From the NCBI GenBank assembly GCA_024679065.1, contig JAGIQG010000020.1:38192001-38256000 (forward strand): DNA of 64,000 nt. Reading direction: 5' to 3'. The number at the start of each line of letters is the position of its first letter. Within the stretch, counting starts at the first letter, position 1. A model generated the notes under the pieces. The model was not told where the DNA came from and searched no databases. It saw nothing but the letters and a program-made list of their open reading frames with translations. This document shows positions 12,303 through 25,084 of the stretch, piece by piece. The position numbers and the translations under genes were made by a program. The stretch is from Sphyrna mokarran. Its lineage: Eukaryota.

Positions 12303-13473
12303 GTATGTGTGCTTTCATTAATTTAAAATATATCCATATATATTTTTAAAAAACATTGCGCTGGAGTCTGCATTAAAATGCAAAATTGTAATAAACTATT
12401 TCCATTCATTGTGCATGTATTATGAATCTGTACCAACAATACCAGTTTCTAAAGACAATTGTTTGCTTAACAGTTAGGAATATTAGCAAAGTTTTTTTGG
12501 ATTATTCATTTTTGATTTATTTTAAAAGCTCACATATTGTCAGAGAGGAGATAAAAAGATTGAAGTGAGGAGATGCACAGTTTTGACTTCTGAGGGAAGA
12601 AAAATGAATTGCAGAAATATCGTTAATTCTTGATTTAAATACATCGATGAGGCTGGGGGGGCACAGTATTTCTAGGGATGCTACATTAAGAACAGCAAGG
12701 AAAGGTTCAGAATTTAGCTAATAAAATACAAATAGCAATTTTCCATTTTGTAATCGCCTCCTGGCCACTTTCCAGCGTGGAGCCGATTACACTGGAAATC
12801 TTAATCTCAGAGACTTGCAGGGGCCATGATGCCCAGCAGTAGTCCTGTGAAATGGCCCCTGTTGATGTCTATTGATGCGTGGAGCAGCTGGAAGATCGCC
12901 CCTTGTATATCAAAAAACAACAGACAACTTTTAACAAAACAATAGTGTAAGGTAGCAATGAGCCAGGGATTTGAAACCAGGGTTTTCTTGGTCTGAGAGC
13001 TGAATTTCACACTGGCTCCTGAATTTGCTGAAATGTTGACATAGCTGTCTGACTGTGACTACTGCTAAGATGTGGCCCACATTCTGAATTTAATCCCATT
13101 GAACTGCTTTATTGCATTAAATTTCACAATGTGTAGTCAATTTTATCATACTTATTAGTGTTGTGTAAGATAAATGATGTATTACTACAGGCCCCATTAT
13201 GTTATTCTTAACTTTTAATGGAGCTAACATTTATTGTATTGAGGAAATAAAGGAAAGGGTGTAACAAAGAATGATCCCAAGTCTCAAATGGTTGGAAAAA
13301 TTAAAGCATCTCCAGCTGAACAGTCTGAACAACGAGATTAAGATTGGATCAATCAAATTAAACAGTATTGATGGGATAATTATTCCAGTTAACTAGTAGA
13401 ACCAAAAATGGTAATTTCAGCAAAAAATACATAATTGATAAATGTTTTAATAACTTACCAGAACAAGGTATTA

Positions 13474-13628
13474 ATCATAGAATCCCTACAGAACAAAGGG
13501 AGGCCATTCAGCCTACTGAGTCTGACCCAACCACAATCTCAACAAGGCCCTATTCCTGTAACCCCACATATTTATCCTGTCAATTCTCCTAATTTAACAT
13601 GTCCAACCAACCTAACTTGTACATCTTT
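13474..13628 (-). mobile_element. 5'-truncated V-SINE (HE1-like)
   Basis: atcatagaatccctaca...gaggccattcagcc tail. Confidence 0.75.
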
Positions 13629-14058
13629 GTTCTCCAACAATTAAAGATGAGGGTGTTGAGCATTCAAAATGCATTTGGATGTTGGAAGATAGGCTTTCTT
13701 GGATGAATTGCTCATCTATGACTATTATAAAAATGATCACAATTAATTTTCCCTATTATTTGTGGAGAAATCATAATATTTCTTCCTAAGTCAGAAATTA
13801 GTGATTGTTGATAAGGGTTTCATTTCAGTTGAACCATGGGCAAAACAACTGCAGAGGTGATTATTACCAGGGAGTGATGCAATCCATGATGTAATCACAG
13901 GCATTCTGGTACATTCTGATCTTCATGCTAGATGTTGCTGTTGTTGTAGTTGCATAACAAGTAAATTCTCTCCAATCATTGAAGTTCTCTTGATCTTTTT
14001 TTTCAATCTTGGACCAATATTGTGAAAACTGTTTGGTTTTCTTTTCTTATTAACATAG

Positions 14059-14198
14059 ATAATGTGGAACTTGTACTGAAGAGTGTTAATGATCGCCATG
14101 GCAGTGAGAGCCATGATAACGATCAGCCAGATTATGACAGTGTTGCTTCAGATGAAGATACGGATCAGGAACCAACAGCTAAGGCAGTCAGAGCAAAG
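14059..14198 (+). CDS. GIT2: GIT2 coding exon, DNVELVLKSVND...DYDSVASDEDTDQEPTAKAVRAK
   Basis: acatag|AT AAT GTG...GCA AAG|gtacct; 140 nt; lies within ORF 14022-14372. Confidence 0.95.
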
Positions 14199-15262
14199 GT
14201 ACCTCTACTGTGTCATTTTAATGTGGTTCATGATAGATGGTGTCCTGATATTAATTGTACTACTCCTGAATCATGTCCAAAATTAACAAGGAACATCAAA
14301 TTTCAGTTCATTTCTCAAGAAGTATATAATGCTGTGCACATCAATATTATTCATAAATATTTTAACATATAAGCGGAAGGAAAGCTAGCTGAGTGTCTAA
14401 AATTTAGAGTACCCTCCATTTTTCATCAAAATAAACAAGTTTTCCAGGATACCTTTTTCAAACAATTGTCATCATGAGACATTCCAAAGTTGAGATTCTA
14501 TCCCTGCTTGGTGGTTCTCATGATATCAGTTGCTGAGAATGATCTATCATAGCCAACTGCAGCTCTGTTGCAAGCAGCAATGGATGGGATTTCAGATATG
14601 CATGAAATCTATTCCAGAATCTTCCAGAAGCAAGAAGCTGCCCTTGGTGTTGCTTTTCCATGCTAGTCAATAAGATTGTAAATGTTGACAACCCTGTGTT
14701 TGGTTCTCTCAAAGCTTCAACAACATAGATATATTTTCAGTTTTACATGTCAACACATAAGTCTTATTTGATTTTTTTTTTATATATAGTTTCATCCTTT
14801 GTTATAAATCCAATCATTTTGTTTGTGGACAATGATTTGGAGGAATCAATTGTCTTTGAGATTAAGTGGGAGTGATTTATAAAGCTGTAATCTCAAGCAG
14901 CTTCACATTATTGAGATGAAACCTCACATTTTCTTGTTACAGTTGATTCAAATCCATTCAACATGTTCACTACTATTATAAGTCAACTATTCTTTAAAAG
15001 CTTAAAAATCCAAATGGTATCTCATTTGAATCTGTTCATTCTGTGTTTTAACATTTAATGTCATGACCCCAATGGCTTTTTGGCACTTTCCTACCCATTC
15101 TACCAGTCAAGTTTAGTAATGAAAGATTATTATGGTGAAATGAGTAAACATGATTTTAGCAAAGAGAATCACTGCAGCTTTAAATTCCAAAAAAATGTGA
15201 TTCTTTTAACCGTATCTGCAAAGAAATAGAATTTTATTCACTGGTTGCACTTCTTATTGTAG

Positions 15263-15412
15263 AGCATGGACTCTGATCTGTCAGATGGACCAATTACATT
15301 ACAGGAATACATGGAAGTGAAAAACGCATTAAGTGCTTCTGAAGCAAAGATACAGCAACTGATGAAAGTGAATAGCAACTTAAGTGATGAGCTACGTTTG
15401 ATGCAAAAAAAA
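15263..15412 (+). CDS. GIT2: GIT2 coding exon, coiled coil, SMDSDLSDGPITLQEYMEVKNALSASEAKIQQLMKVNSNLSDELRLMQKK
   Basis: ttgtag|AGC ATG GAC...AAA AAA|gtaaga; 150 nt, phase 0-0. Confidence 0.96.
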
Positions 15413-17070
15413 GTAAGAATACTATTTTCAGACTCTGAGTTCATTTAGTATATTCTGTAGCTCGGGTCAGTGGTAAATTTTGAAAGATAAAGACTTTCAT
15501 TTTGTAGCTTTGTGGATTACTCAAGTATGTATTCGATTTTCTTTTTGCTCCTTCATTTGGAGCAGTGTGGTGGTGGAATTCAGGATTTTGACCTAAATAA
15601 ACATCAAAAATCAAGAAAACAGTACTGTAATGCATTTCTGATCTCAAATTTCTCTTTGAGATTTCATTTTGTTCCTGCCCCCTCTACCACCACTGCTTTC
15701 ATATTGTAATTTTTTTCTACCATACATGACTTGAAGAAATGCTGACTTGATGAAAATTAGGTTAATTCTAGCAATATTTAAGTTCCAAGGTTTTATTTTG
15801 AGTCTGAATTCACTGAGTATTTCAACCATAGGACACAATTGCAATGGCCTTTCCTGGCTAACTTCATAGTGCAAAACATTCTTGTCAAGATTATCATTGT
15901 TTTCTGTCTCTGTACTTTTTCCAGAGTCACAGTATCCATTCTAAATTGGAGGGGGTTGGGTGGGCTGCAAAGCTGAATATGTTACAACAAATTATATCCG
16001 AGAAAAGTCTTGTACAATTTGATTGTTGTGGCCCTAGTATTATAGTGAATGACAACATTATGTAGCATAGAAGCATGTCATTGAATCCATCCTGCTTATG
16101 CCATCTCTGAATGAGCTATTCTGCTCATTCCTACTACTCTGCTCTTTCCTTATAGTTCTGCAATTACTTTCCCTTTCAAGTACAATTGCAATTCCCTATG
16201 GTTACTGTTTGATCTGCTTGCACCATCCCTCTAAGTAGTGCATTACACCCTTGAACCATGATTTTCTTGACAGCAGCTTTCTAATGTCATGCCTGTGCTT
16301 TGAGTGGCCATCAATCACTTAGCAGTTTTCTTTCATTTGTCTAAAATTCTAACCATGCTATATTTCCTTTATTTTCATTCATTTGTAGTATGAAATGTTT
16401 GTGTGTATTAAAAACCATTTGCTAATCTAGAGTCCTCTTCCCCAACTCATTTCATCCACTTGCAGCAATCCATTTTGTTTTTTTTGCTAATCATTAGACT
16501 CTTCTAAGTTATTGACTGTTACACAATTTGGTGTTATCTAAACATTAATCACTATGCTGTAAGACTTCCCCTGTCATATTGAACATCCATGTTTAGAAGA
16601 GACTATCATCTGATCCTGGGGTTGTGACTGGACACCTGTGGAAGCCACTGCCTTTAAAAATGTTCTTTAATTATGTACCATGCCCTAAAATAATGGAGAA
16701 TGAAAGTTATTCTTTAATTTATAAAGGTCCAATTTTTAATCTTTTCCATGTTTTATCTCTCCTCGCTGAGGAAGTGTTGCTTAAATGGCATACTTATCTC
16801 TTCCTTTCAGACTGAATTATTCCAAGTAATTGGTATTTCTATTTGGTTCATTCCTGGCTTTATTCTATAATAGTAGGAAACACATTTGCAGTGTTAATGT
16901 AAGCATTACTTGTATCTAAAAAAACTTCAAAACTTTTAGGAAATCAAAAGTGTAATTAGCTCCCTATGAAATTACTGCGCACTTTTGTTTGCAGAATGTT
17001 TTAGGATTTAAATGTTCCTTTTTCAAACAAAGTGCTCCTATGCAAGTGAAAAGATAAGGAATTCATTAGC

Positions 17071-17178
17071 CTGTCTTATCTCACATTGGAAGTCCTTTGT
17101 CCTGGTTGTTCTGTCTTATCTCACGTTGAAGAGTCCCTGGTCCTGGTTAGTCTGTCTTATCTTACATTGGTCCCGGTT
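17071..17178. repeat. Short tandem repeat, about 40-41 bp unit x 2.5
   Basis: ctgtcttatctcac(a/g)ttg... units start at 17071, 17111 and 17152. Confidence 0.8.
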
Positions 17179-17629
17179 CAGCGGGAGATATCTCTGAGTC
17201 CTTTTTGGCTTATGAGCACAGGAAGGTAAATAGACAAAAACTGACAGTTTTTTAAGGAAGAATTATGATGGCATACATTTACCAACACTGAAGGTTAGAA
17301 TGAGGAAGTAGATAAGTTTAAGCTGGGAAAGATTGCTCACCAATGTGGAGAGGTGTAATATGCTCACTATTTGTACAGTTATGCAAGGAGTGTCTTTTTG
17401 CTCATTGAATTAAGTGAGTTTAATCATAACTATTGCTGCTTATATTCATTTGCAATAATTTAAAGCAACTTAAGGCTTCCTTTTCTCTGTCGACTTTTGA
17501 AAAGGTTGGAGAAGATACAAGCATTCAATTAATCTACTCAGTTATCCTGTTGCTTCATTTCTAGGTTGTGCTATTGCATAGTTGCATACTGAGCAGTAAA
17601 GGAATAGACTTGAGTATTAAGCCTCAATC

Positions 17630-17900
17630 TGCTTTTTTTACTCATTCATGGGATATGAGCATTATTGAGGAGGCCAGCATTTGTTGCCATTCCTAACTGT
17701 CGTTGAGAAGGTGGTGGTGAGCTGCGTTTTTGAACTGCTGCAGTCCATTTGGTGTAGCTACTTCTACTGTAAGAAACTGCAAATATCATTCCAGTCAGGG
17801 TATTGTGTGACTTGGAGTGGAACTTGCAGATGATTGTGTTCCTGTCCTTGGCCTTGTCCTTTAGTTGGTAGAGGTCATGGGTTAGGAAAGTGTTATCAAG
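17630..17900 (-). mobile_element. LINE 3' fragment (L2/CR1-like tail family)
   Basis: tcatgggatatgagcatt...ggccagcatttgttgcc...gagaaggtggtggtgagctgc; related copies at about 35750-35860, 38795-39090 and 48110-48430. Confidence 0.6.
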
Positions 17901-19807
17901 TGAAACTTGAGTGAAGTAGCACTGCTGTAGCTGAAAAAATTAAAAATTCAAGACCCAACTTAGCAACACCTCACAATCCCACTTCAGCAATTCCCCAAAA
18001 GAAGTTTTCTGTGATTTGCTTAATGTAGAAAAGGCAGCTGTTTTAATAATGTCAAGCAGGCTGATCAGAAAGTGAAATCACAATAGTGATAATTCAATGA
18101 GTGATTAAAAATTAATCATGATCTGATGCAGATATAATCTGTTCAGGGACTTGAAGCTCAGTGGAGAAGGAAATACAATAACCATTTTACAATAGCTGTC
18201 AGACAGTAGCAGGATCTGAAATTACAGCATGTGTGGTTGAGAGATGTAACGGAAGCTTTCTACAGTCTCTAAAGGAGAGGGAGGGGAAACTTGAGCAATT
18301 CAGCTCAGTGATTCACGAAAATCTCAGAGCAGTTTACAGAGAATAGAATGACATTTTGAAGACTATGTTTTTTTAACAATTGCTTTTGCAGACAACACTA
18401 AACCTTCCTTTTCACTTTACTCTCCCTTATACAAGAGGTTAGAGTAATTTCATATTTATTTGTATTGGTAGTCAAAATTAAAGACAGTCAAAATTCTCTC
18501 TGAAGTGAAATTTAATCTGCCTTATTCTATCTCATTCACCAGCTAATGGGTTGGAACTGACAGATTGTTTAACCCTGGTGAAATATTTAAACCATACAGT
18601 CTGCTATAAGAGTGAACAGCCCCCGTTAAACATTTTTAAGGCATAAGATTTTTAAAGTTTTAATTGGATCAAGAGTTCATAACCAAACACAATCTCCATC
18701 CAACAGCTGTTTTTTTTTGGTGTAACCATTAATAAATTAAAGTATATCATCAAAATAAAAATATTTTGAATGAAACTTGTTTTAAAAACTGGAAAGTTCC
18801 AGGTTTGATTGGTATCTGTTGAGTTAGTTGAGTGACCACAGAGAATATCACTTGTGAAAGAAAGAACTTACATTTATATAATGTATTTTATCCACTCTCG
18901 AGATCCCACAACACTTCACAAAGTATATGAACAATTATCTGAGTAAATGCAACAGCCAATTTGTAACAAGACCCCAGAAACAACCAATGTAATGTATGAC
19001 CAGCTAACCTACTTTTGGAACGTTGGTTGAAGGGTGAACCTTGGCCTGGGCACTGGAAAAATACTTCCTTTTAAATAGTGTTTATAGAATCTTATTCATC
19101 AGCTGACAAGATTTAATGAACCGTCTGCCATAAGATGTGCTACCAGCTGGGCGAAACTGATACTCAGCATTTCTGCTTATTATTTTCCAATTACTCAATT
19201 TTTGGTGTGATACAGGATTAAGCTTCTCTGTAAAGCCCCCAGTGCCACAATAGAATAGCTGGCTTTCGTTGCAGTTGTTTACTGATGAAGGTGGACAATG
19301 AGTGAAATGCAGAAAGGCCTGCATTTCTGGAGCCATACTGCATATTGAGTCAGCAGCTACTTCAGCAAAGTAAGGAGAAGAAAGTATTTAAATTTATGAA
19401 AAGAAGGAAAGAGAGAGACTACAATTCCACTGGATCCTTCAACAGTCTTGAGCTTGAATTGTAATTTAAACAGTTGCAAAAGCAAATTACCATGGTTGCT
19501 AGAAATCTAAAATTAAAAAGGAAATGCTGGAAATACTCAGCGGGTCTGGCAGCATCTGTGAACAGAAAAATAGAGTTGTTTCAAACCTCTGATCTTTCAA
19601 CAGAACTACCAGGCCTGCTGATCTCAGCATTTTGTTTTAATTCAAATTATTGGTTCTGCTAGCATGAGTCACTTGATTTTTTTTTACATGAGCCAGAGTT
19701 AATTTGGGGACAGGTGAATATAAAGGTATTAAGTCATTTTGCTTTGTTCAGTGAAACACTGAGCTATTCTCAGCTTAATGTAAAAGATCCCATCATACTT
19801 TTTGAAG

Positions 19808-20122
19808 AGGGTGGCATGGTGACATGGAGACGCTGCTGCCTCACAATGCCAGAGACTGAGGTTCAATTCTGGCCTCGGGTGAATTTATGTGGACTTTGCA
19901 TATTTTCCCCATTCTCCATGCATTTCCTCCAGATGCTTCAATTTCTTTCCAGAGTCCAAAGATGTGCGCAGTTAGGTGGAGTTGGCCATGCTAAATTGCT
20001 CCTTAGTGTCAGGAGGACTAGCAGGGTAAATATTTGGGGTTACGAGGATAGAACCTGGGTGGGATTATTGTTTGGCTTGATGGGCCAAATACCCTTCTGC
20101 AATGTAGGGATTCTATGATTCT
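19808..20122 (+). mobile_element. V-SINE (HE1-like), near full length
   Basis: Head with ggttcaattc B-box, V-domain, gggattctatgattct tail. Confidence 0.85.
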
Positions 20123-21254
20123 AAAAGAAAATTGGTTCACATTGCTGTGGCCCATCATTTATTCTATAGCCTACACCCATAAAAGACACATAACTGATGA
20201 TGATTAGTTACATCAGATATTTATCTAATCAACATCTGTGGAACCATGCCATGGGCAAAACTGTTCTATTAAGTAATTCTATTTTTTTTTGTATCCATAG
20301 TTAGCAAAACTGTGATTTCTCTACTTTCTACTGGAAGTCAGGAAAAGAGCAAGGAAAATATGTTGTACGTTTGAAGATGAAAATTCCAGTGCAGATGTGG
20401 ACTTAATGGTAGGGAGAAGGGAAGAGGAAATCAGAGTCAGAGGACCAAGACCTATGGCAAGGGGTATTGGCTGAAGCAGGCCGCAGGTCAAGGTTTTTGG
20501 TGACGACAAGATTTTTGTGGATGAGGAGCAATTGAGGTGAACAGTTATGAGGTGTGCGAGGTTTAGTTCAGAATAGAGTATATGAAGTTGAAATTTAGAT
20601 GAATAGGGAGAGACAGCATTGAAACCCTGCTCAAACAGAATCTTATGACCTTGCAAGATATAAATCAAAGGAGCAGGAGAAATTGGTGTTAATGTCATTA
20701 AGAATATGTGGAAAATATTATTGTTAAATTTAAGAATTCTTACAGCTTCATGTTATATATATTTAATCTGTGTAATCAAAGCACCCTTGTGTTATTAAAA
20801 TACATTTTTGTTTACAAGAGCCTGAAGATAGAATATCTCAAAACTTAGCACAACAAAAACCTATAAATTAGGGACTGGCATCAGCTGATCTTTTGCAGAT
20901 GTCTTTATTTTCAAATTTGTCTTTTTATATACTGTACATTAAAAACCTAGAACAGGAGGTTTTTTACACAGTATTCGTAGCACCAGAAAAACTGGTCTAT
21001 CAATGGGATAGAGCCATGGAAGCATTCAACCTCCAGGTGGAACTTGTGGTGTTCATGTGCAATTTAGTCCATGCTTCAGCTCTTCCTACTGAAATGTTCA
21101 TTTGTTTATTTCCTCTATCTGTCTCTCTGGCTTTATTTATTATAGCAACATTTCATTTATGACGTGCACGATCCACATTGCAGTAATCGCCAAAACTTGT
21201 CCATCGTTGCTTGATACAAGAAAAGATTATTGGCTAAAAAAAAATTTCTTTCAG

Positions 21255-21503
21255 CTTCAAACGCTGCAGAGTGAAAACACCACCCTCAGGCGACAGGTCA
21301 CTACGAATATCTATCAAGTTCCCTCCAGTTCAGAATACCCAGGTCCCTCCAATCCTTCGTCCTTAAAACGGCGCCCGTCTGCACGTGGCAGCCGGCCTAT
21401 GTCCATGTATGAGACAGGCTCTGGTCAGAAACCCTATCTCCCAATTGGGGACGTCACATACCCAGAGGACAGTATTGCAGGACTCCAGCCCTTCCCTGAA
21501 CAC
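21255..21503 (+). CDS. GIT2: GIT2 coding exon, LQTLQSEN...ARGSRPMSMYETGSGQKPYLP...QPFPEH
   Basis: tttcag|CTT CAA ACG...GAA CAC|gtaagt; 249 nt, phase 0-0. Confidence 0.96.
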
Positions 21504-24500
21504 GTAAGTAAATCGCCGTCAGCTCTGGTAAGCGAGTTGTGCTTTTTTTTCTCCTTTTTTCTTTTTTGCCCTAAGTTCTGAATTTCTTTTCTGGCTTGCA
21601 AAATGCTGTCTTGTGTTTTTTTCGTTAATTCCTTGTTTTAGTCCTTATTGTTGCAAAGCAAAAAAAATTTTAACTATTTGAAAATTGCCTAATTGAATAT
21701 AACTGACCCTATTGCACGTTCTTCTTTTTGCTTTTAAACTTTGATCCTTTCAGTGTTGTTTTTTCCAGGACTGTTGTGCTAACATCATATTTCAATTGGG
21801 AAGGAATAGATCCTAATAGACCTTCACCTAAACTTTATTTGACTATATGTTATAATGTAAGAAAGAAAATGCCAGCTTGCAGCACTAGGTGGCATGCAAG
21901 TATTGTACAGGACAGGCAGAACAATGGAGAGAAATCAAGCTAACATATTGGGTCAGCGTCCTTTCACTAGAATCATTCTGGTGAAGGATCAGTGCTCTCA
22001 TATGTTAAGTCTCTTTCTCTCCACAAGCGCTGCCTGATCTGAATGCTTCCAGCATTTTCTGTTTTTATTTCATCTTTCCAGCATCTACAGTATTTTGCTT
22101 TTGTGCAAGTATTGAGCTAAAATCATGAAGATCCTATTAATTATGTTCTTAAAACAAGCAGGTTAATCTGGCAGATGTAAGTTTCAGCTTCTCCCTGATA
22201 GTTCAGTTTGTGTACCATGAGGGTAATATTGAACCAATAAGACCAGCCATATTTCACATTCTGTGCCTAGTCTGTGTCAAATTATCTGATCTCAGTCATC
22301 AATTGGACAGATGAAGTTCAGCTGTGTATCTCAGCTGGAGAGGTTTGCTACTCCTAACTAAAGTTGAGGCAGAATTATACACTGCTTGGTATTTGAGAAC
22401 TGAATTGGGCTTGGCTAAGGTGATCCTCTATGAATTCTTGATACATGGATAACGATAATTTGAGCAAGGGTTTAGAATCTTTACCTTCAGAAGAAAAGGG
22501 ATTGAAAAGGAGAAAGCTGGTGAAGGAAATAAAATCAAATTTATACAGCTTTGCTTTTACAATTTAAAATCTTTGAAAATAAAAACCCTCCTAAAATAAA
22601 CACCTACCCTGTTAAATAACCTGATATTTTATCTTTGAAACTGTTTAGTTTTTCCAACTTACATAAACCATCAGTGCAAAATCTCATTTAATACTATTAA
22701 ATATATAACAAGTAGTAAAAATGTATTTTGCACTTCTAGCAGGTAGTTGAACCATTATGAAAAATATAATATTTAAAGGTTTAAGAGTCTGTAGGTGTTA
22801 CTTTTATTGATTTTCCTGTTCATTTTGCTAATGCTGCAGATTAAATCTCTCTGGGTCCTTAAATTCTGTTAAATTCATTGCATTATTGCAATGGGAAAGC
22901 ATTATAGTTGGTGGTACTTTTGAACTCTTTGTATAGTGCAATTGTTGTTTTTGAATCTTTAAATATTAGGTTTTGTAAAAGCATTCCACTATTCATACTT
23001 TAAAGCTGCATTGAGAATGATAGGAGCAGTTAACTTTATAAAAACGCATTGAGAAAATGGCATTGCATTGGGGAATATTGAATTACACTATTCCTTTGAT
23101 GTGGGAGGACATCTGTGTTAGAGTAACAATTTCTCTTATTATGTAACCTAAATGTAAAATTGTACTAAAATTTGGACTATGTCTAATTTGTTCAATTTGT
23201 ATGCCTTCTGGGTTGATCCTGAGATTGGAATATTCAGCCCATACCTTTTGAAAATTTTTCCACAAGTTTTATATGAGTATGATGTGGTTCACTAAATTTC
23301 AATAAACTACAAAATTATTTGAGTTTAAATACAGAATAACCTGGCACTTAGCAACATTGTAATTTTTACTTGGTGGAATTTGGTGCAGAATCATAAAACC
23401 TCCAGCACAGAAGGAGGCTGTTGGCCCATCCTTTCTATCAGCTCTTTGAAAGAGCTGCCTGATCATTTGCAATCCTGTTATTTAACCTAATCTCTGCCGT
23501 TGTTCTTTTTTGCATGTAGCTGGGGTAAAATTATTTTTGTTTCCTTAAAAATACACATTACTTATGCTTTACATTTAATTGCTCCATTGGTTTTTCTTTG
23601 GTAAGCTGGGATAAAATTTAGTGACCACACGCAATTTGTTCCAAACAGCAGAGGTCCTAATGTTACAACTGAACTAGACTGAACTGGGGGTAAATGGGTC
23701 ATTGACAAAATACATCCTTTTGATATTTTCTAGCTTTTAAAAATCCCAGTGGATTTATTAAATAAGCATTTATGTAAATTGCCAAAATGTGTCATTCTTG
23801 GTCATTAACTTAACTTTAAGAGTAGCAAGCAGAATTGTGTTTGTGTGAAGTCTTGTTGCTTTTACATGTCAACTTGTTGAATTGTTTTGTTTGTAGGTAT
23901 GCCAAGTGAAAGTCATAAAACCTAAATTGTCCTATGCTTCTTGAAAATGGACATGTTGAAAGAATTGTCTTTTCTAAAGTAGCATTAGTTTTTTTCATCA
24001 TCTGCCCATCAAATTTATGTTAATCTAACTTTTTGTAATTCATCATAATTTGAATTTCCTTGCTTTGTTAGTTTGTCATAGTTCCCTTTTTTTGAGATCA
24101 GAAGTATTATCACATTACGGAAGTGTGCTCTCCTTGGATTTGTTATAGTTAGTGTTCCTGTGACTTTTCTTCTTTGAATTTCAGTTTTGTTTTAAATAAA
24201 AATAGATGAACAAACATTTGTTTTTATTTACCTCACTTTAGGTAAATCAGTAGTTATGTTTTTGTTATTCTAAAAGGTACAAGTTAAGTGCAGTCTAAAA
24301 TAGTTTGTCTACTACCTTCATATTGTATGTAGCTAATCTTTATAAAGAGGATGTTGGTATTATAATTCCTACATTTTTTAATTGTTTCATTGATCTTTTG
24401 TTTCTTTTTGAATCACTGGTCAGGAACAAGCATTTTGCATCAATTCTTGCCTTTGTTTACAGCATGACTTTCCCCATCAATTATATAATAAAGCCAAACA

Positions 24501-24994
24501 GTAACGCCAAATAAAAAAATTACACATGGGCAGTGTGTTTTAACCTTGTTTCTCATCAAACAAAATAGGAAATAAACCAATAGATTCCAGTAAGTCGGGC
24601 TTCATGTATTTTAAGAACTTTGAGTTAATTCAGAGGAATATACTTCATATGAGTATATTTGGTGGGCAGAGCTTTGGACAGATGAGACAAACTAATATTT
24701 ATACACTATTTAAGTTTTAATTGGCAAGTGTTTATATCATCTCTGCAATATTATGGATTCTGAAGGTAACCATGCCAAATAAGTCAGCATATTCAGTTAA
24801 GATGAGTTTTGTTCACTGTGTTTTGAAGACTGTTTGCAACTTAGTTTTTCAAAAACCCAGTGAAAATGTCATCAGATAAAGCCCATGTATATAAACTTGG
24901 CATACCTATAGGTTTACAGTTCGTGGAGTCGCTCTTTTGTTGTGTTTTTCTTATGTTTAATTTTTGCCCGAGTGTTTCTTCTTTCCCCTTTCAG

Positions 24995-25084
24995 ATTGGG
25001 AGGAGTGCCTTTGTGACCTCCTCTTCATCTTTACCTTCCTTCCCTTCCACGCTTTCCTGGTCCCGGGATGAGAACACCCAAAGG
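24995..25084 (+). CDS. GIT2: GIT2 coding exon (likely cassette), IGRSAFVTSSSSLPSFPSTLSWSRDENTQR
   Basis: tttcag|ATT GGG...CAA AGG|gttaag; 90 nt, phase 0-0. Confidence 0.93.

Noticed and set aside
17071-17178. CRISPR-like repeat-spacer pattern
   Set aside because: The 'spacers' are similar to each other, so it is a tandem duplication in eukaryotic DNA with no cas genes.
19714-20698. 134-aa (+) and 125-aa (-) ORFs
   Set aside because: The first is V-SINE sequence. The second has no recognisable domain or splice support.
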